A DNA stretch of 64,000 nucleotides from the NCBI GenBank assembly GCA_965206595.1, contig OZ242214.1, positions 6,144,001-6,208,000 of the forward strand, given 5' to 3'. The notes beneath the pieces were generated by a model. That model saw only the letters and a list, made by a program, of their open reading frames with translations, made no database searches and had not been told where the DNA came from. The DNA comes from Candidatus Latescibacterota bacterium. GTDB lineage: Bacteria; Latescibacterota; UBA2968; UBA8231. Within the stretch, counting starts at the first letter, position 1. Every line of letters starts with the position of its first letter. Positions 8,485 to 19,089 of this stretch are shown here, one piece after another. The position numbers and the translations under genes were made by a program.

Positions 8485-10113
8485 ATGACGTACCAAGTCA
8501 CCGCCCGGAAATGGCGGCCCCAGACCTTTACCGAGGTGGTCGGCCAGGAGCACATCACCGCGACGCTGACCAATGCCCTCGACACCGGGCGGATCGCCCA
8601 CTGCTACCTGTTTTGCGGTCCTCGCGGGGTCGGCAAGACCACCACGGCCCGGATTCTCGCCAAGGCACTCAACTGCGGCAACCGCCGCGGAGCCGATCCC
8701 TGCCAGGAGTGCCCTTCCTGCATCAGCATCACCGACGGAACCAGCATGGACGTGCTGGAGATCGACGGAGCCTCCAACAACAGCGTCGACGATGTCCGCG
8801 AGTTGCGCGAGATCGTCCGCTACGTTCCCACCGCCGGCTCACACAAGATCTACATCATCGACGAAGTACACATGCTGTCCACGGCGGCCTTCAACGCCCT
8901 CCTGAAGACACTCGAAGAGCCCCCGAAGCGGGTCGTGTTCGTCTTCGCCACCACCGAGGTTCAGGACGTGCCCGACACGATTATTTCCCGTTGCCAGCGT
9001 TTCAATTTTCGCCGCATTCCAGCCGGGCGCATAGCAGAGCACCTGCGGATGATCGCCGAGACCGACGGCATCTCCGCGGATCAGGAAGCCCTCTACCTGC
9101 TGGCCCAACGCGCCGACGGGGCGCTCCGGGACGCCGAGAGCCTTATGGATCAGGTCGCCTCGTTCGAACGCAACGGCGTGACCCCGGGGGGCGTCAGGCA
9201 GGTACTGGGGCTGGTCGACCGCAATGCCTATTTCGAACTCTCCGACGCCGTAGTCAATGGCGACGGCGGCCGCGTTCTCGACGCAATAGCGACAGCAGCG
9301 GAGGAGGGGACCGATTTTGAGGAGTTCATCAAGGGATTCAGCGAACACGTCGGGCAATGGCTGTCGGTTCGGGTGCAAGGCACCGCGGACAGGCTCGAGA
9401 TCGCCGACGTCGAAAAGGCCCGCTTCGAGGAGCTCGCTCCCCGTCTCCCGGAAGAGGACATTCTGCGCATCCTCAAGGCGCTGCTGGACCTCGAGGCGGA
9501 ACTGCGGCGCTCGGTGCAACCTCGCTTTCGCGTCGAAATGACCCTCGTCCGCTTGTCCCGCATGGGTCGCAGCATGGAAGTCGGAGAGCTGCTGCGCAAG
9601 GTTCGGGACCTGGCCGCGGACGGGAGCCCGCCAGCCACAACCGGGAGGACGTCGGCCGCCGAGGCCCAAAGGCCTGAGAAACGGGCCAAACGCGAAGTCT
9701 CTCCGAAGCCCGCGGAACCCTCCCCTGAGTCAGGAGGGACACCGGAAGCCGCGGTCGAAGCCCCGGCGCCGAGCCTGGAGGCGATTCGCGCCTGTTGGGA
9801 CCAGGTTGTAGCCAGTCTCAAGCAGGAACAGCCCGGCACAGCCACCTCCCTGGGGGATGCGCGGCTGGACAGCCTGGAGGGCTCGACCCTGAAGCTGATG
9901 TTTTCACCCGAGGACAGTTTCAACAAGGACCGGGTCGACAAGAACCGGGCGGCGGTGGAGAAGGCTTTGTCGGCGGCGACAGGACAAACTGTCCGCATTC
10001 GCTGCGAGTCTGCCGAGCAACGGGAAGCGGCTGTCGGGAAGGCTGAGAAACCCCTGGCCGAGCACCCGAAGGTACGCGCCGTCCTCGACGCTTTCGACGG
10101 GGAGCTGGTGTAG
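8485..10113 (+). CDS. dnaX: DNA polymerase III subunit gamma/tau
   Basis: YQVTARKWRPQTF, GPRGVGKTT, Cys4 zinc module, IDEVHML, SRC motif. Confidence 0.96.
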   Translation: MTYQVTARKWRPQTFTEVVGQEHITATLTNALDTGRIAHCYLFCGPRGVGKTTTARILAKALNCGNRRGADPCQECPSCISITDGTSMDVLEIDGASNNSVDDVRELREIVRYVPTAGSHKIYIIDEVHMLSTAAFNALLKTLEEPPKRVVFVFATTEVQDVPDTIISRCQRFNFRRIPAGRIAEHLRMIAETDGISADQEALYLLAQRADGALRDAESLMDQVASFERNGVTPGGVRQVLGLVDRNAYFELSDAVVNGDGGRVLDAIATAAEEGTDFEEFIKGFSEHVGQWLSVRVQGTADRLEIADVEKARFEELAPRLPEEDILRILKALLDLEAELRRSVQPRFRVEMTLVRLSRMGRSMEVGELLRKVRDLAADGSPPATTGRTSAAEAQRPEKRAKREVSPKPAEPSPESGGTPEAAVEAPAPSLEAIRACWDQVVASLKQEQPGTATSLGDARLDSLEGSTLKLMFSPEDSFNKDRVDKNRAAVEKALSAATGQTVRIRCESAEQREAAVGKAEKPLAEHPKVRAVLDAFDGELV

Positions 10114-10129
10114 GAGGTCTGGCGTCGTC

Positions 10130-10726
10130 ATGGGACCTGAGGCATTGGAGGATATGATTTCGGCATTCGCCCGTCTTCCCGGGATAGGACGGAAGACCGC
10201 GCAGCGGCTTGTCTTTCATCTCATCAAAATGCCGCCGCGGGAGGCGGAGACCTTGGCGACGGCAATCGTCAACGGGCGCAGCGGCATTCAGTACTGCGAA
10301 AAATGCTATAATTTCACTGACAAAGGAGAAACCGCCTGCGCGATCTGCCGGGACGAAACCCGCGACCCGGGGATCATCTGCGTCGTCGAAGAAGCGAGCC
10401 ACGTGCTCGTCCTTGAACTCAGCCGGCTTTTCACAGGTACTTATCACGTTCTCGGCGGAGCCCTGTCGCCCCTTGACGGCATCGGGCCGGGTGATTTGCG
10501 CATCGACGAACTGGTGTCCCGGGTAAGCTCGCAGCAGGTAACGGAGGTGATTCTCGCCAACAATGCCAGCGCCGAGGGGGAGGCGACGGCAGAGTACATC
10601 CAGCGCAAGCTCGGGCAGCTCACCGTGGTCTCCAGGCTGGCGCGCGGGTTGCCGGTCGGGTCCGATCTGGATCTCGCGGACAAGGTCACGCTGGCACACG
10701 CCCTTCAGGGGCGGCGCTCCTTCTGA
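10130..10726 (+). CDS. recR: Recombination mediator RecR
   Basis: LPGIGRKTAQR HhH, C4 zinc finger, YHVLGG...PLDG, EGEATA Toprim. Confidence 0.96.
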   Translation: MGPEALEDMISAFARLPGIGRKTAQRLVFHLIKMPPREAETLATAIVNGRSGIQYCEKCYNFTDKGETACAICRDETRDPGIICVVEEASHVLVLELSRLFTGTYHVLGGALSPLDGIGPGDLRIDELVSRVSSQQVTEVILANNASAEGEATAEYIQRKLGQLTVVSRLARGLPVGSDLDLADKVTLAHALQGRRSF

Positions 10727-10735
10727 CTGAAAGCC

Positions 10736-11359
10736 ATGCAATCGCGGACAGATTTGCTCATGGCAATTCGAGAGATTGCAAACGTTCCAAACCTGCTGAC
10801 GATCTCCAGGATCTTCCTGACGCCGTTGTTCCTGGCGATGCTGTTTGCGGACACCTGGTACTGGCGGAGTATGGCCTGCGTCGTGTTCGCTCTGGCCTCG
10901 GTCACGGATTTCTACGACGGCCGCATGGCGAGGTCCAACAACCGGGTGACCGATTTCGGTCGCTTCATGGATCCACTGGCTGACAAGATCCTGGTTACGT
11001 CGGCACTGATCGCCCTGGTGCTGGGCCGCATCGTCCACTACTGGCTCGTTCTGCCGATTGTAGTGCGAGATATCATCATCACGGGAATGCGCCTCTACGG
11101 GGTTTACCACGGGCGTCAGATGGAGACTTCCAGGCTGGCCAAGTGGAAGACCTTCGCGCAGTTGCTGGCTGTCGTCATCATCCTGTTCGCGATCGGCCTT
11201 CAGGAAGTCTTCGGCCGCTTCGAGTGGAACCACCTGCTGCCGCTCGAGGAATCGCTGGTCCCCACCCTGTCGAACGGCCTGATGGCAGCGGTTCTCCTGC
11301 TTACGCTGGCCTCCGGCTTTCACTATTTTATCAGAACTGGGTACTCGGTTCGCTCTTGA
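10736..11359 (+). CDS. pgsA: CDP-diacylglycerol--glycerol-3-phosphate 3-phosphatidyltransferase (start may be 10760)
   Basis: NVPNLLTISRI, DFYDGRMAR, FGRFMDPLADK CDP-alcohol phosphotransferase motif. Confidence 0.9.
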   Translation: MQSRTDLLMAIREIANVPNLLTISRIFLTPLFLAMLFADTWYWRSMACVVFALASVTDFYDGRMARSNNRVTDFGRFMDPLADKILVTSALIALVLGRIVHYWLVLPIVVRDIIITGMRLYGVYHGRQMETSRLAKWKTFAQLLAVVIILFAIGLQEVFGRFEWNHLLPLEESLVPTLSNGLMAAVLLLTLASGFHYFIRTGYSVRS

Positions 11360-11904
11360 GACGCGGCGAGTCCAGTCCCCGGACGAGACCAGGTCGCGGT
11401 TTCGTCCGAGCGATTGCCACCCTTCTCTACTCCGGCCATGCGCCGGTCGCTCCGGGAACCGCTGGGAGCGCGGTGACGGCGGTCGGCTACTACTTCCTCT
11501 GTTCTTCCCTGACGGCCGTGCAATGGACATTCCTCCTGGTGGGGAGCTTTGCGGTGGCGGTATACACTGCCGGCGTCATGGCCCGCGACTGGGGACCGGA
11601 CCCCGGCCCGGTGGTCATCGACGAGTTCGTCGGCTATCTCGTCTCCGTGGCGTTCCTGCCGCACAGCATCTGGATCGCGGTCGCGGGATTCTTCCTCTTC
11701 AGGGCTCTTGATATTGTAAAACCTCCCCCGGCACGCCATCTAGAGCGGCTGCCCGGAGGCTGGGGGATCGTGCTGGACGACGTGGCGGCAGGGGTCTACT
11801 GCCAGTTGATACTGTGGGCGGCAGTCATCGCTGGCGGCTGGCCCGAAGTTCCGGGGATCGTCCAGGAAGCGGGGGGCGCGTTATTGGCAACGCTTGGGAA
11901 ATGA
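11356..11904 (+). CDS. pgpA: Phosphatidylglycerophosphatase A
   Basis: [38 protein letters not shown]; TTG at 11356 overlaps the pgsA stop. Confidence 0.9.
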   Translation: MRRGESSPRTRPGRGFVRAIATLLYSGHAPVAPGTAGSAVTAVGYYFLCSSLTAVQWTFLLVGSFAVAVYTAGVMARDWGPDPGPVVIDEFVGYLVSVAFLPHSIWIAVAGFFLFRALDIVKPPPARHLERLPGGWGIVLDDVAAGVYCQLILWAAVIAGGWPEVPGIVQEAGGALLATLGK

Positions 11905-11914
11905 CGATCGAGCC

Positions 11915-12982
11915 ATGGCGAAAGAGAACGACAGCAACCGAGACAAGAAGGTCAGGGATCGGGAAAATGCACTCGACCTCGCCCTCTCCCAGATCGAAAA
12001 GCAGCACGGCAAAGGGGCCGTCATGCGACTTGGGGAGCGAGGTGGTCGCGTAGATGTGGAAGCGATACCGAGCGGGTCCCTGGCGCTCGACCGGGCGCTC
12101 GGGATCGGGGGGTTTCCCAAAGGCCGCATCGTCGAGATCTACGGGCCCGAGGGATCGGGAAAAACGATGGTCTCCCTGCACGTCGTACGGGAGGCGCAGA
12201 GAGAGGGTGGGACGGCCGCTTTCATCGACGCCGAGCACGCTCTCGACGTCGGCTTCGCGCGCCGCATCGGCGTCGATGTCGACGGGCTCATCATCTCCCA
12301 GCCCGACAGCGGCGAGCAGGCGCTCGAGATAGTCGATACCCTGGTGCGCAGCGGAGCCTTCGATATCATCGTCCTCGACTCGGTGGCGGCGCTCGTGCCC
12401 CAGGCCGAGCTCGACGGCGAAATGGGGGATTCGCACATGGGGCTGCAGGCGCGTCTGATGTCACAGGCGTTGCGCAAGCTGGCCCCATCGATCAATCGTT
12501 CGCAGACATGCGTGGTTTTCATCAACCAGCTGCGCATGAAAATCGGAGTCATGTTCGGCAACCCGGAGACGACTACAGGCGGCAGGGCACTCGGTTTCTA
12601 CGCCTCGCTCCGCCTGGACATCCGGCGCGTCGCCCAGATCAAGGACGGCGACGAAGCCGTCGGAAGCCGCACCCGCGTCAAGGTGGTGAAGAACAAGCTT
12701 GCGCCCCCTTACCGGCAGGCGGAGTTCGACCTCTTTTTTCTGGGCGACCAGATCGGCATGTCGCGCGAGGGGGACATCGTCGACATCGGTGTCGACTGCG
12801 GGCTGATCCAAAAGAGCGGCACGTGGTTTTCCTACAACGGAGAACGTCTCGGACAGGGTCGCGAGAATGCCAAGGGGTTTCTCGCCGAGAATGAAGAACT
12901 CGCCGCGGCCCTCGAGTCCCGGCTGCGGACCGAGCTGGGTCTCGGCAACGGTTTGCAGCCGACCGCCGAACCAGTGGAGTGA
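11915..12982 (+). CDS. recA: Recombinase A
   Basis: [50 protein letters not shown]. Confidence 0.98.
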   Translation: MAKENDSNRDKKVRDRENALDLALSQIEKQHGKGAVMRLGERGGRVDVEAIPSGSLALDRALGIGGFPKGRIVEIYGPEGSGKTMVSLHVVREAQREGGTAAFIDAEHALDVGFARRIGVDVDGLIISQPDSGEQALEIVDTLVRSGAFDIIVLDSVAALVPQAELDGEMGDSHMGLQARLMSQALRKLAPSINRSQTCVVFINQLRMKIGVMFGNPETTTGGRALGFYASLRLDIRRVAQIKDGDEAVGSRTRVKVVKNKLAPPYRQAEFDLFFLGDQIGMSREGDIVDIGVDCGLIQKSGTWFSYNGERLGQGRENAKGFLAENEELAAALESRLRTELGLGNGLQPTAEPVE

Positions 12983-12986
12983 TGAA

Positions 12987-13499
12987 GTGCCGTCGCAGTA
13001 CGACAGCATATGCCAGGCCAAGGAGGTGGCGTTGCGCTACCTGAAAAACCAGGACCGAACCGAGCACCAGGTTCGGCGAAAACTGGTCGAGAAAGGTTTC
13101 CACCAGACCGTGATCGAGTCGACCCTTGCCGATCTCGGGCGTGCCCGTCTCCTCGACGACCGTGCCTTCGCGCGCCGCTGGATCGAAAGCAGGATGGCGA
13201 ACCGGCCGGCGGGGGAATCGCGTTTCGAGCAGGATCTGCAAAGCAGGGGGGTAGCCCCCGATGTCATTGCCGAGGTGCTCGCCGAGTGCGATACCGTCGG
13301 TTCGGAAGGGGCCGCGTTGCAGGTGCTCCGCCGGCACCGGTGGAGATTCGCCGGGTTGGCGGAAGAGAAGGCCAAGCGGCGAATGTGGGGATTGCTGGGC
13401 AGGCGGGGATTCGACGCCGATACCAGCCAGCGCGCCGTCGAACAGATGCTGGCCGAGACGACCGGTGAGAGCGTGGAAACAGCGGAGCAAATGCAGTGA
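12987..13499 (+). CDS. recX: Regulatory protein RecX
   Basis: ALRYL..RTEHQVRRKL, LLDDRAFA, LQSRGV, LGRRGF; follows recA. Start approximate. Confidence 0.85.
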   Translation: MPSQYDSICQAKEVALRYLKNQDRTEHQVRRKLVEKGFHQTVIESTLADLGRARLLDDRAFARRWIESRMANRPAGESRFEQDLQSRGVAPDVIAEVLAECDTVGSEGAALQVLRRHRWRFAGLAEEKAKRRMWGLLGRRGFDADTSQRAVEQMLAETTGESVETAEQMQ

Positions 13500-16108
13500 A
13501 GTCGGGGGAATTTCGCGAGACATTTCTGAGCTTTTTCGAGGAACGCGGCCACCGGCGTGTGCCGAGCGCCTCGATCGTGCCTGGAGACGACCCTACGCTC
13601 CTGTTCACGAACGCGGGCATGAACCAGTTCAAGGACGTGTTCCTCGGGCACGGGAAGCGGGGCTACAGCCGCGCCGTCGACACCCAGAAGTGCATCCGGG
13701 TCTCGGGCAAACACAACGATCTGGAGGAAGTAGGTGTCAGTCCCTGGCACCACACGTTTTTCGAGATGCTGGGCAACTGGTCGTTCGGCGACTACTTCAA
13801 GGAGGAGGCCATCACCTGGGGATGGGAGCTGGTGACCGAACGCCTCGGCCTGGAGAAGGAGCGACTCTGGGCGACGGTCTTCGAGGGCAGCGAGACGGAG
13901 CAGCTGCAACCGGATGATGAGGCGGAGAGCTTGTGGGTCGGGTGCACGGACCTTCCCGCGGACCGTGTCGTGCGCCTGGGCAGCAAAGAGAACTTCTGGG
14001 AAATGGGGGAGACAGGTCCCTGCGGCCCCTGCTCGGAGATCCACTACTTCCTCGGGGACGACCTCGACCGGCAGAGCGCAGAGCTGCTGCGCCGGGACAG
14101 CGGCGATTTCGTCGAGATCTGGAACCTCGTGTTCATCCAGTTCAACCGCGAGCCCTCCGGTAGTCTGCAGCCCTTGCCGGCCAGGCACGTCGATACCGGA
14201 ATGGGTTTCGAACGGATGTGCAGCCTGCTTCAGCGCCGGGAAAGCAACTACGACACCGATGTTTTCCAGCCGCTGATCGCGAGGATCGCCGATCTCACCG
14301 GAAAGCATCCCGTAGAAGGAAACCTGGTGCCGATGCGGGTGATCGCAGATCACGTCCGCACCCTGACGGTGGCGATTTCGGACGGCGTCCTGCCCTCGAA
14401 CGACGGCCGCGGGTACGTCATGCGGCGCCTGCTGCGCCGCGCCGCCCGCTTTGGCCGCAAGCTCGATCAGCACGGTCCGTTCATCTACAAGCTGACCTCC
14501 ACCGTCGTCGATCAGATGGGCGCCGTTTTCCCGGAGATGGCGCAGAAGTGCGACCACGCAGCCCGGGTCATCCGCTCGGAGGAGGAGAGCTTCGGCGCCA
14601 CCCTGGACCGCGGCCTCGACATCTTCGAAAAACTGAGCGCGAAGGGGGAACTGACCGGGGCCGACGCCTTCATGCTGCACGACACCTACGGTTTTCCGCT
14701 CGACCTGACGGAGCTATTGGCGAGGGAACGCGGCCTCGCCGTCGACACCGGGGGGTTCGAGCGCGAGCTCGAGGTGCAGCGAGCCCGCGCCCGGCGCGCC
14801 ACCAGGAACCAGTTCACCGCTGACGAGAGCATTGGGGTAATCATTGCCGGCGAGCACTCGCGATTCGTCGGCTACACCGAGCTGTCGTCAGCCGCAGAGG
14901 TAGTGAATGCCGAGGTCGATGGTGACGGCGGCGTAAGGCTGTTTCTCGATCGCACTCCTTTCTATGCCGAGGGGGGAGGTCAAATCGGCGATCGCGGTGT
15001 CATAGCAGGGTCCGGTTTTGCCGTCGATGTCGAGAATACGGTCAGGGCCCGCGGGGGTATCATGCACGTCGGCAGGGTTCGCAACGGGGGCGAGCCACCC
15101 GGTGGGGCGGTCAGCGCCGAAGTCGACGCCGCCTCCCGCTCGGCCGCGGCCCGCAACCACACGGCTACACACCTCCTGCACGAGGCGCTGCGTCGAACTC
15201 TGGGGGATCACGTGTCGCAAATGGGCTCGCTGGTCGTCCCCGGCCGCCTGCGTTTCGATTTTTCCCATTACGCCGCGGTGGAGCCGCAACAGATTCGCGA
15301 CGTCGAGGCGCTCGTCAACGAGCAGATTCGCGCCGACAGCGAGATCCTCGCCTTCGAGGAAGATCTCGACACCGCCAGGAAGATGGGTGCCCAGGCGCTG
15401 TTCGGAGAGAAGTATGACAGCCGCGTCAGCGTCGTGCGGATAGGGGAATTCAGCCTCGAACTCTGTGGAGGTACCCACGTCGAAACAACCGGCCGGATCG
15501 GTTCCTTCACCCTGGTTTCAGAAGGGGGTATTGCCGCCGGGACGCGCCGGGTGGAGGCGATCAGCGGCGATGTCGCCGTGGAGGATGCCCGGCGGCACCG
15601 TGACCTCGCCGGAGATCTCTCGCAGCTGCTCAACGCAGGTGCCGACGAGCTTGCCAACCAGATCTGCGAACTGATGCAGCGCAACAAGGAACTGGAGCGG
15701 CAGTTGGAGGAGAGCAGGCACCGAGCCGCGGGAGACGAAGCGGTCCGGCTGGTGGAGCAGGCTGAGCTCATCGAGGGTGTTCGGGTGGTCGCCGGCCGCG
15801 TCGAAACCGAAGATGCCGGGTCGATGCGCAACATGGCCGACGGGCTGCGCGACAACCTCGGCTCCGGCGTCGGCGTACTCGGGGCCGTCTTCAAGGGCAA
15901 GGCCTCGTTCATTGCCGTGGTAACCGACGACCTCATCGTCTCCAGGCGATTGCACGCGGGGGATATCGTGCGTGGGGTGGCCGAGTTGGCAGGGGGGTCC
16001 GGCGGCGGCAAGCCGCACATGGCCCAGGCGGGCGGCCGGGAGCCGGAGAAGGTGGAAGAGGCGCTGGCCGCGGTTCCCGGAATTCTGCACCGGATTCTGC
16101 AAAGGTAG
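13496..16108 (+). CDS. alaS: Alanine--tRNA ligase
   Basis: LLFTNAGMNQFK, FFEMLGN, GPCGPCSE, DTGMG, NHTATHLLH, ELCGGTH, GGG.P..AQAG. Confidence 0.98.
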   Translation: MKSGEFRETFLSFFEERGHRRVPSASIVPGDDPTLLFTNAGMNQFKDVFLGHGKRGYSRAVDTQKCIRVSGKHNDLEEVGVSPWHHTFFEMLGNWSFGDYFKEEAITWGWELVTERLGLEKERLWATVFEGSETEQLQPDDEAESLWVGCTDLPADRVVRLGSKENFWEMGETGPCGPCSEIHYFLGDDLDRQSAELLRRDSGDFVEIWNLVFIQFNREPSGSLQPLPARHVDTGMGFERMCSLLQRRESNYDTDVFQPLIARIADLTGKHPVEGNLVPMRVIADHVRTLTVAISDGVLPSNDGRGYVMRRLLRRAARFGRKLDQHGPFIYKLTSTVVDQMGAVFPEMAQKCDHAARVIRSEEESFGATLDRGLDIFEKLSAKGELTGADAFMLHDTYGFPLDLTELLARERGLAVDTGGFERELEVQRARARRATRNQFTADESIGVIIAGEHSRFVGYTELSSAAEVVNAEVDGDGGVRLFLDRTPFYAEGGGQIGDRGVIAGSGFAVDVENTVRARGGIMHVGRVRNGGEPPGGAVSAEVDAASRSAAARNHTATHLLHEALRRTLGDHVSQMGSLVVPGRLRFDFSHYAAVEPQQIRDVEALVNEQIRADSEILAFEEDLDTARKMGAQALFGEKYDSRVSVVRIGEFSLELCGGTHVETTGRIGSFTLVSEGGIAAGTRRVEAISGDVAVEDARRHRDLAGDLSQLLNAGADELANQICELMQRNKELERQLEESRHRAAGDEAVRLVEQAELIEGVRVVAGRVETEDAGSMRNMADGLRDNLGSGVGVLGAVFKGKASFIAVVTDDLIVSRRLHAGDIVRGVAELAGGSGGGKPHMAQAGGREPEKVEEALAAVPGILHRILQR

Positions 16109-16115
16109 ACGGAGA

Positions 16116-16940
16116 GTGGAACGGACTGCGCCATACGATCCTGATTCTCCATCCGCGGGACGCCGACCCTGGAACGAGTGCGACGGACAGAATAAAACCA
16201 CCGTCCATGAATACCTCCTCTCCGTGCGCGATTCCCGGGGAGCCGGGTACCTGCCTCTTCTCGATCCGGACCGACTGTCCCTCGACGAGCTGGAAGCAAG
16301 GGCGGAGGCGTGCGCCGAAGTGGGTGCCGACGCGATTCTCGTCGGCACGAGCCTGATGCTGTCGACGAGCCGGAATTCCGCCCTCTTCGAGCGCTTGAAG
16401 CAGTCTGTCGACATTCCCGTCATCAGCTTTCCAGGGGATGCCAGCCAGGTCGTGTCCACCGCCGATGCCCTGCTTTTTCTCGCAATGATAAGCGGCCGCA
16501 ATCCCGAGTTGCTCATCGGCCAGCACGTGCGCGCCGCGCCGCTGCTGAAGGAGTACGGCATCGAGGTCATCCCCACGGGGTACATGCTGATAGAATCCGG
16601 GACCCTGACGTCGGCGGAGTACATGAGTTCGACGCGGCCGATGCCCAAGGCGAAGAAGGACATCGCCATGGCGCATGCCCTCGCCGCGGAATATCTCGGC
16701 ATGAAGCTGATCTACATGGACACCGGCAGCGGCGCCGGCGATTCGGTTTCCGGGCAGCTCATTACCGCGGTGGTCGACTACGTCTCCCTCCCCGTGATCG
16801 TTGGCGGCGGTATTCGGGATCCGGAGACGGTGCGGGAAAAGGTCGACTCCGGGGCGAGCTTCGTCGTGACCGGGACCGCTGTCGAAGCCGATCCTGCACG
16901 GCTTCGACAGCTGAGCGACGCCGTGCACTTTAAAGGTTGA
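16116..16940 (+). CDS. Geranylgeranylglyceryl/polyprenylglyceryl phosphate synthase (PcrB family, group II-like)
   Basis: LLDPD, FPG, ISGRNP..LIG, PTGYMLI, AHALAAEYLG, GSGA, GGGIR motifs. Confidence 0.9.
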   Translation: MERTAPYDPDSPSAGRRPWNECDGQNKTTVHEYLLSVRDSRGAGYLPLLDPDRLSLDELEARAEACAEVGADAILVGTSLMLSTSRNSALFERLKQSVDIPVISFPGDASQVVSTADALLFLAMISGRNPELLIGQHVRAAPLLKEYGIEVIPTGYMLIESGTLTSAEYMSSTRPMPKAKKDIAMAHALAAEYLGMKLIYMDTGSGAGDSVSGQLITAVVDYVSLPVIVGGGIRDPETVREKVDSGASFVVTGTAVEADPARLRQLSDAVHFKG

Positions 16941-16968
16941 GCGAGATGCAGCAAGCGAGTCCGCAGCC

Positions 16969-17241
16969 GTGGTAGCAAAAGAAGCGGTCATAGCGAACCG
17001 GCTCGGGATTCACGCCCGTCCGGCAACCCTTCTGGTAAAGGAAGCGGCGAACTTCGAAGCGGACATCTTTCTGTCGAAGGGGAGCATCCGGCGCATCAAC
17101 GGCAAGAGCATCATGGGAGTGATGATGCTGGCCGCGGAAGAAGGTTCGACAGTGCTGGTCGAAGCCGAGGGCCCCGACGAAGAGGCGGCGGTCGCAGCGA
17201 TTGCCGGGCTTCTAACGAGCAGTTTCGAAGAGGCTGCGTGA
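16969..17241 (+). CDS. ptsH: Phosphocarrier protein HPr
   Basis: GIHARPA (His15) and GKSIMGVM (Ser46). Confidence 0.95.
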   Translation: MVAKEAVIANRLGIHARPATLLVKEAANFEADIFLSKGSIRRINGKSIMGVMMLAAEEGSTVLVEAEGPDEEAAVAAIAGLLTSSFEEAA

Positions 17242-19016
17242 GCGACGAAGTTCACATACTGCGAGGTATTCCGGCATCACCCGGTATCGGAATCGGGAAG
17301 GCCTTTCTCTACCGGGCGGAGTCTCCCCCCGTGGTGCGTCGCCGGGTTGCGCCACATCTTGCCGACAGCGAAGAGGATCGTTTCCTCAACGCCCTGCAGA
17401 TGGTTGGCGACGAGGTCCTGCGCACAAGACACCTCGTGGAGATCGAGCACGGGGACGACCTCGCCCAGATCTTCGATGCCCAGCTGGCCATGCTGGAAGA
17501 CGAGCAGGTCAAGGACCGAACCGTCGAGATCATTCGCAGGGAACACCTCGCCGCGGAGCCGGCCTTCGTTCAGAATATGCGATCACTGCAGGCGGCATTC
17601 GAGGATCCCGACAACGACTACCTCCGGGCCCGGGCGGCGGATGTCCGGGACATCGAGCACCAGGTGTTGATGCGCCTCCTCGGTGGTGGCCTTCACGGAC
17701 TGCACTCGTTGCGTTCCAACACGATCGTCGTCGCCCGCGACCTGTTGCCTTCCGAATCGGTGCGCCTGGGCCGCAGACTGGTCAAGGGGCTGGTTCTCGA
17801 CCAGGGGGGAGCGACGTACCACGCCGTCATCATTGCGCGCTCGCTCGGCCTGCCTTCGGTGGTCGGCACTGAGGTCGCTTCCCGATCCATCCGCTCCGGG
17901 GATCCCCTCGTCGTCGACGGCGACGAGGGCAGCGTGCACGTCTTACCGGGGGCGGAGAGGTTGCGATATTACCAGTCCGAGCTGCGCCGCCAGCACCGGC
18001 GGGAGCGCGACCTGCGCACGCGCCGGGATCTTCCGGCGACGACGCGGGACGGGACGGAGATCGACCTCATGGCCAACGTCGACCTGCAGCAGGAGGTCGA
18101 CGTCGCCCTCGAGAACGGCGCCGCCGGGGTCGGCATGTTCCGCACCGAGTTCCTCTTCATGGACCACCGCCCGCCAACGGAGGAGGAGCAGCTGGAAATC
18201 TATCGCGGCGCGGTGGAAGCAATGGCGCCACGCCCCGTCGTCATCCGCACCTTCGACCTGGGCGGGGACAAGCTCACCAGCTCGCTGGGGCCGGTTTCGG
18301 AACGCAACCCGTTCCTCGGGTTGCGGGGGATTCGTCTCTGTCTCGACAATCCGGAGTTCTTCAAGGTGCAACTGCGGGCACTCCTGCGCGCCGCGGCCGG
18401 GGCCGACCTGCGCATCCTGATTCCGATGATCACCACCCTGAACGAGTTGCGGCAGACGAAGAACCTGATCCGCGAAGCTGCACGGGAGCTGCGCGAACGG
18501 GGGCTGGAGCACTCGGCCGACTGCAAGGTCGGGATCATGGTCGAGGTGCCATCGACGGCAATCACCATAGACAGGTTCGTTCCGGAGGTCGACTTCCTGA
18601 GCCTCGGAACCAACGATCTGGTGCAGTACACCCTCGCGGTCGATCGCACGACCCCGAAAGTAGCGGATCTTTACGATCACTATGATCCAGCGGTCCTGAG
18701 GCTCATCAAGGATGTCGCGGACAGTGGCCGGCGCAACGGCGTGACGACAAGCATTTGCGGCGAGATGGCCGGGGATCCGCTGGCGGCCGTTCTCCTCCTC
18801 GGGTTGGGGGTCGAGACATTGAGTGTCAGTCCGGGGCTGATACCGGAGCTGAAGGAAGCGGTGCGGTCGATCGCGATCTCCCGGGCGCGGGAAATCGCCG
18901 CTCACTGCCTCACCCTGGAATCCGGAGCTGCAGTGCGCACCTGCCTTGAGAAAGCCTTTTCCGAAAGCGCCGTGCCGCGGCGAAAGCCACCGCGATTCCA
19001 AGAGCGGGGAGAGTGA
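17238..19016 (+). CDS. ptsI: PEP--protein phosphotransferase (enzyme I)
   Basis: [11 protein letters not shown], phospho-His in [44 protein letters not shown]. Confidence 0.95.
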   Translation: MSDEVHILRGIPASPGIGIGKAFLYRAESPPVVRRRVAPHLADSEEDRFLNALQMVGDEVLRTRHLVEIEHGDDLAQIFDAQLAMLEDEQVKDRTVEIIRREHLAAEPAFVQNMRSLQAAFEDPDNDYLRARAADVRDIEHQVLMRLLGGGLHGLHSLRSNTIVVARDLLPSESVRLGRRLVKGLVLDQGGATYHAVIIARSLGLPSVVGTEVASRSIRSGDPLVVDGDEGSVHVLPGAERLRYYQSELRRQHRRERDLRTRRDLPATTRDGTEIDLMANVDLQQEVDVALENGAAGVGMFRTEFLFMDHRPPTEEEQLEIYRGAVEAMAPRPVVIRTFDLGGDKLTSSLGPVSERNPFLGLRGIRLCLDNPEFFKVQLRALLRAAAGADLRILIPMITTLNELRQTKNLIREAARELRERGLEHSADCKVGIMVEVPSTAITIDRFVPEVDFLSLGTNDLVQYTLAVDRTTPKVADLYDHYDPAVLRLIKDVADSGRRNGVTTSICGEMAGDPLAAVLLLGLGVETLSVSPGLIPELKEAVRSIAISRAREIAAHCLTLESGAAVRTCLEKAFSESAVPRRKPPRFQERGE

Positions 19017-19089
19017 AAGAAAACAGCCCCGGTTTCAGCGGCCGCTGGAACTTCAAAAGCGCGTCTGCGAGATTGCGAAAGGAAGAAGC

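Noticed and set aside
8485-10113. Programmed gamma/tau frameshift in dnaX
   Set aside because: No A-AAA-AAG or poly-A slippery site seen.
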